The notes under the pieces: generated by a model | Databases searched by the model: none | What the model was told of the DNA's origin: nothing | The model's input: only the letters and a program-made list of their open reading frames with translations | Made by a program: the position numbers and the translations under genes | NCBI GenBank assembly: GCA_965649825.1 | Contig: OZ287695.1 | Location: 372,001 to 436,000, forward strand | Length of the DNA stretch: 64,000 nt | From: Penicillus capitatus | Taxonomy: Eukaryota > Plantae > Chlorophyta | Direction of reading: 5' to 3' | In this document: positions 61,401-64,000 of the stretch, in pieces | Position numbering within the stretch: position 1 is the first letter of the stretch | Layout of the letters: every line of letters begins with the position of its first letter

Positions 61401-61797
61401 CTAATCGTATGAGCACTCTCCGGAAACAACAGCATCTATAACTTATGTGAACCATCGCAATGTGCCATCTAAACGTTACTGTCAGTTGTTTCCGATTCTT
61501 CTGTGTGTCAAAGTATGTCAATGGAAGAATCAAGCAGAAGGAAAGATGCTCAGAACTCTTAAGTCTCGATAAGGTGCGCGCTGGCAAGGCATCTCTTCAG
61601 CGCAGAGCTTTCGTCGACGAACGACGTCAGCACGCAATTACATAACGCAAAGACCATGCGGACAATGGACCGGCGCGATATGATTTAAAGGAGTTGCGTT
61701 ATCGCAGCGTCCTCTGACCCATCTACTGTAAATCTATAACTGAACAGCGGACAACATTTTAAACCCGCTGAATTCTTTAGCGTATTCTGTACTGACG

Positions 61798-64000
61798 ATG
61801 CAGCGCTCGGTGTCCGTTGCTATTCTCTATCTTTTTTCCTCTCTAGTGTCTCTACCGTATGGTATCCACTGTGTATTCAACAAAGAATCCCGTCTCTCCG
61901 CCTTCGGTTTCACATGGCTCAATGGGACAACCTCCGCCAATGCATCCGACGGCCACGTCCATCGAGAATCGACAGTACACACCGCATTATCCAGATGCTA
62001 CCCTCTCTAATAACACGCATCGTGCATGCCTTCTGACAGCAGAATGACGAAGCGGGTAACTCCACCTCATTTCTCTCGCCTTCAGCCGAGGGAGATGCTG
62101 TGCAACAGGTCGTGCTGACCATAGCGCTCTCGATGTTCAAATTGAAACGAGAATCATCGTATTGTGGATCATACATTCCCCCCACGCAAGCCGTCCTTCG
62201 TTTGTCCTTTTCAGGGAGGAAACCAAGCGCCGAGAGAGAGATTTCCGTACATATGTAGCATTAGACGCCGCGGCACCGAAGAGCATGTTTGCGGTGGAGC
62301 ATTGATCGACGAGCAATGGGTCCTCACAGCAGCGCATTGCCTGCACAATAACGATAATACTGGACTGGGCCATTACGCTCTCGTGCGTTGCGGCATTCAC
62401 GAAATCAACGCCGACGATCCCGAGAGTGTAAGCCGCAAGGATGTGGGAGCGCAGTACCAACGGCATCGTGCGATTCTAGCTCTACCTCTCGAAGAGAGCT
62501 TACTGGCACAGCAAATGGACGGGCGATGCCATGCGCGGGTATGATATTGGTCTCATTCGACTGGACAGAAAAGCGCCACTCCACCTGCCACGCATCGACA
62601 AGATTGGCGTCTCGCTGCAAGTTGGCGATTACCTGACGGCCGCTGGTTGGGGGAGCACCGACAAGAAACGGACATCGAACGTCTTGCGAGTCGTCGACAA
62701 GCTCATCTACGTCGGATCGCAACAATGCGCACCAGATCTTTTCACGAATCTCGGGGCGCACACCATCTGCGCTGGCTCCTTCGGACGGGATACCTGCCGC
62801 GGTGAGCGTGTTCGATACTGCACGGTTTCGTCAGGACTGTCGTCTATCTCCTGTGGTGTTGAGGTGACTCGGGGAGTCCTTTGCTGCTCTCGCACCGCCC
62901 AGAAGGCGATCTGACGCAAGGAGTGCCACGCAGCGATCTCATTGTCGGTGTTACGTCACTAGGTTCAAAGAACTGTGACGACGAGCGTCCTGCAGCGTAC
63001 ACGAGGGTCGCTCACTTTTGGAATTGGATAAAGGAGACGATGGAGACACAGTCTGGGGTGAGTGGACCTCCGACGGCACACCTCGTCGTTTCGCTTTCTG
63101 TCGTCAGCGATTCGGTTTTTTCGCATGGCGTCTGGCCAGAAGCCGCGATCTCTTGGCAGTCCTTCTTGTCGGAAGCTCCATTGTGCGTCGTGTTTGTAGA
63201 TGTACGATCCAGTCTACTTAGAGAAGAAAGAGGATGTCCAAGCGCTGCTCAGAATGAAGGAAGGGACCCCTCGACAGCAACTACACCTTGTGCGATGCCA
63301 TGAACAAACGTTACGTGACGCCAATCCTGTGGATAAAGGAAATGCTGAGAGCCTTTGAGAAGGACGAGAATTGGATCGTCGCAGCGGTTCTGGAGAAAGG
63401 CCTGCCGCTCGATGCGGCTTTCTACGACGACGAGCTGAATGCCGCACTTCTGGTAGAAGGATCCACGATGTTGCACTGGGCGGCGGCATTTGGCGCAATC
63501 GACAGCGCAAAGGTCCGATCGTTCTAAACATCCGAACGACGCCTTCAGTGTATGCCGTATATCGCTTAAACTCTGTGATGCTGTCAAGGTTCTGGTCGAG
63601 CACGGTGCAAACATATCTCGGGTCAACAACGAACGCCTGACGCCCTTACACATCGCGGCCGCATACGGTTCGGCGGCTATGGCAAAAGTACGACTATCGC
63701 TCCGTCGGTCCTTGGAGATCGTCGCTTGATCGACGGACATCGCGTGATACCGACATCGAGAGCACAATGCGCATTTTGCTTCTCTGAACCCACCACGAGG
63801 TCGCTTGGTATCGTTGCTCGCGGATGCTGCAGTCGCCAGCCGTTACCTCGAACTCAGCGGACGCGTGCGTGCTGTAGTTTCTTCTGAATGCTGGAGCCGA
63901 AGTGGACGTGTTTGGTGCCAATGGAGAGTCGCCACTTCTTCTTGCCTCGAAGAACGGCCACGTCGACGTTCTCAAAGTGCGTCTCGGCCAAGCGTGAAGG
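61798..64000 (+). CDS. Trypsin-ankyrin fusion, predicted active protease (runs off window end)
   Basis: MQRSVSVAILYLFSSLVSLPYG signal. Spliced ETR-IIGG. WVLTAAHC, YDIGLIRLD, spliced GRDTCR-GDSGSP. First ankyrin EMLRAFEKD...GSTMLHWAAAFG, followed by further ANK exons. Confidence 0.88.

Noticed and set aside
63060-63200. Hydrophobic stretch that could be a transmembrane helix between protease and ankyrins
   Set aside because: It lies inside a GT-AG intron (gtgagt...tttgtag). The spliced linker is hydrophilic.

Overview
Eukaryotic, compact, intron-dense DNA using the standard code, with most introns about 42-55 nt. The PFK, complex I P1 and gamma-CA sequences point to a green alga; the exact lineage is inference. 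The window has three compartments. (1) 0-34 kb and (3) 47-64 kb are dynamic, rich in retroelement remnants, and dominated by one multi-copy family: signal peptide - trypsin-like S1A protease domain - variable linker - ankyrin array (about 7-25 repeats, essentially one per phase-0 exon) - two-cysteine C-terminal cap. Four copies have an intact His/Asp/Ser triad, Asp189 and a K/R-I-x-G-G activation site (18963-22318, 50193-53814, 56236-58829, 61798->64000). Three copies are pseudo-proteases with GLDGGP in place of GDSGGP (768-5244, 11290-15598, 27999-33504). One is an in-frame internal-deletion mini-gene (54766-55744), and there are several relics. The family shows exon-unit duplication, gene conversion and linker turnover. 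(2) 34.7-46.5 kb is a tightly packed housekeeping island with no recognisable transposon remnants: complex I P1, an orphan 4-exon gene, bestrophin, kinesin-8, a nucleobase transporter, gamma carbonic anhydrase and a WDR20-like protein. A 5'-truncated RBOH plus PFK fragment pair sits inside the protease-ankyrin cluster. No rRNA, tRNA or CRISPR array was found. Exon boundaries were derived by hand and should be confirmed with RNA-seq.
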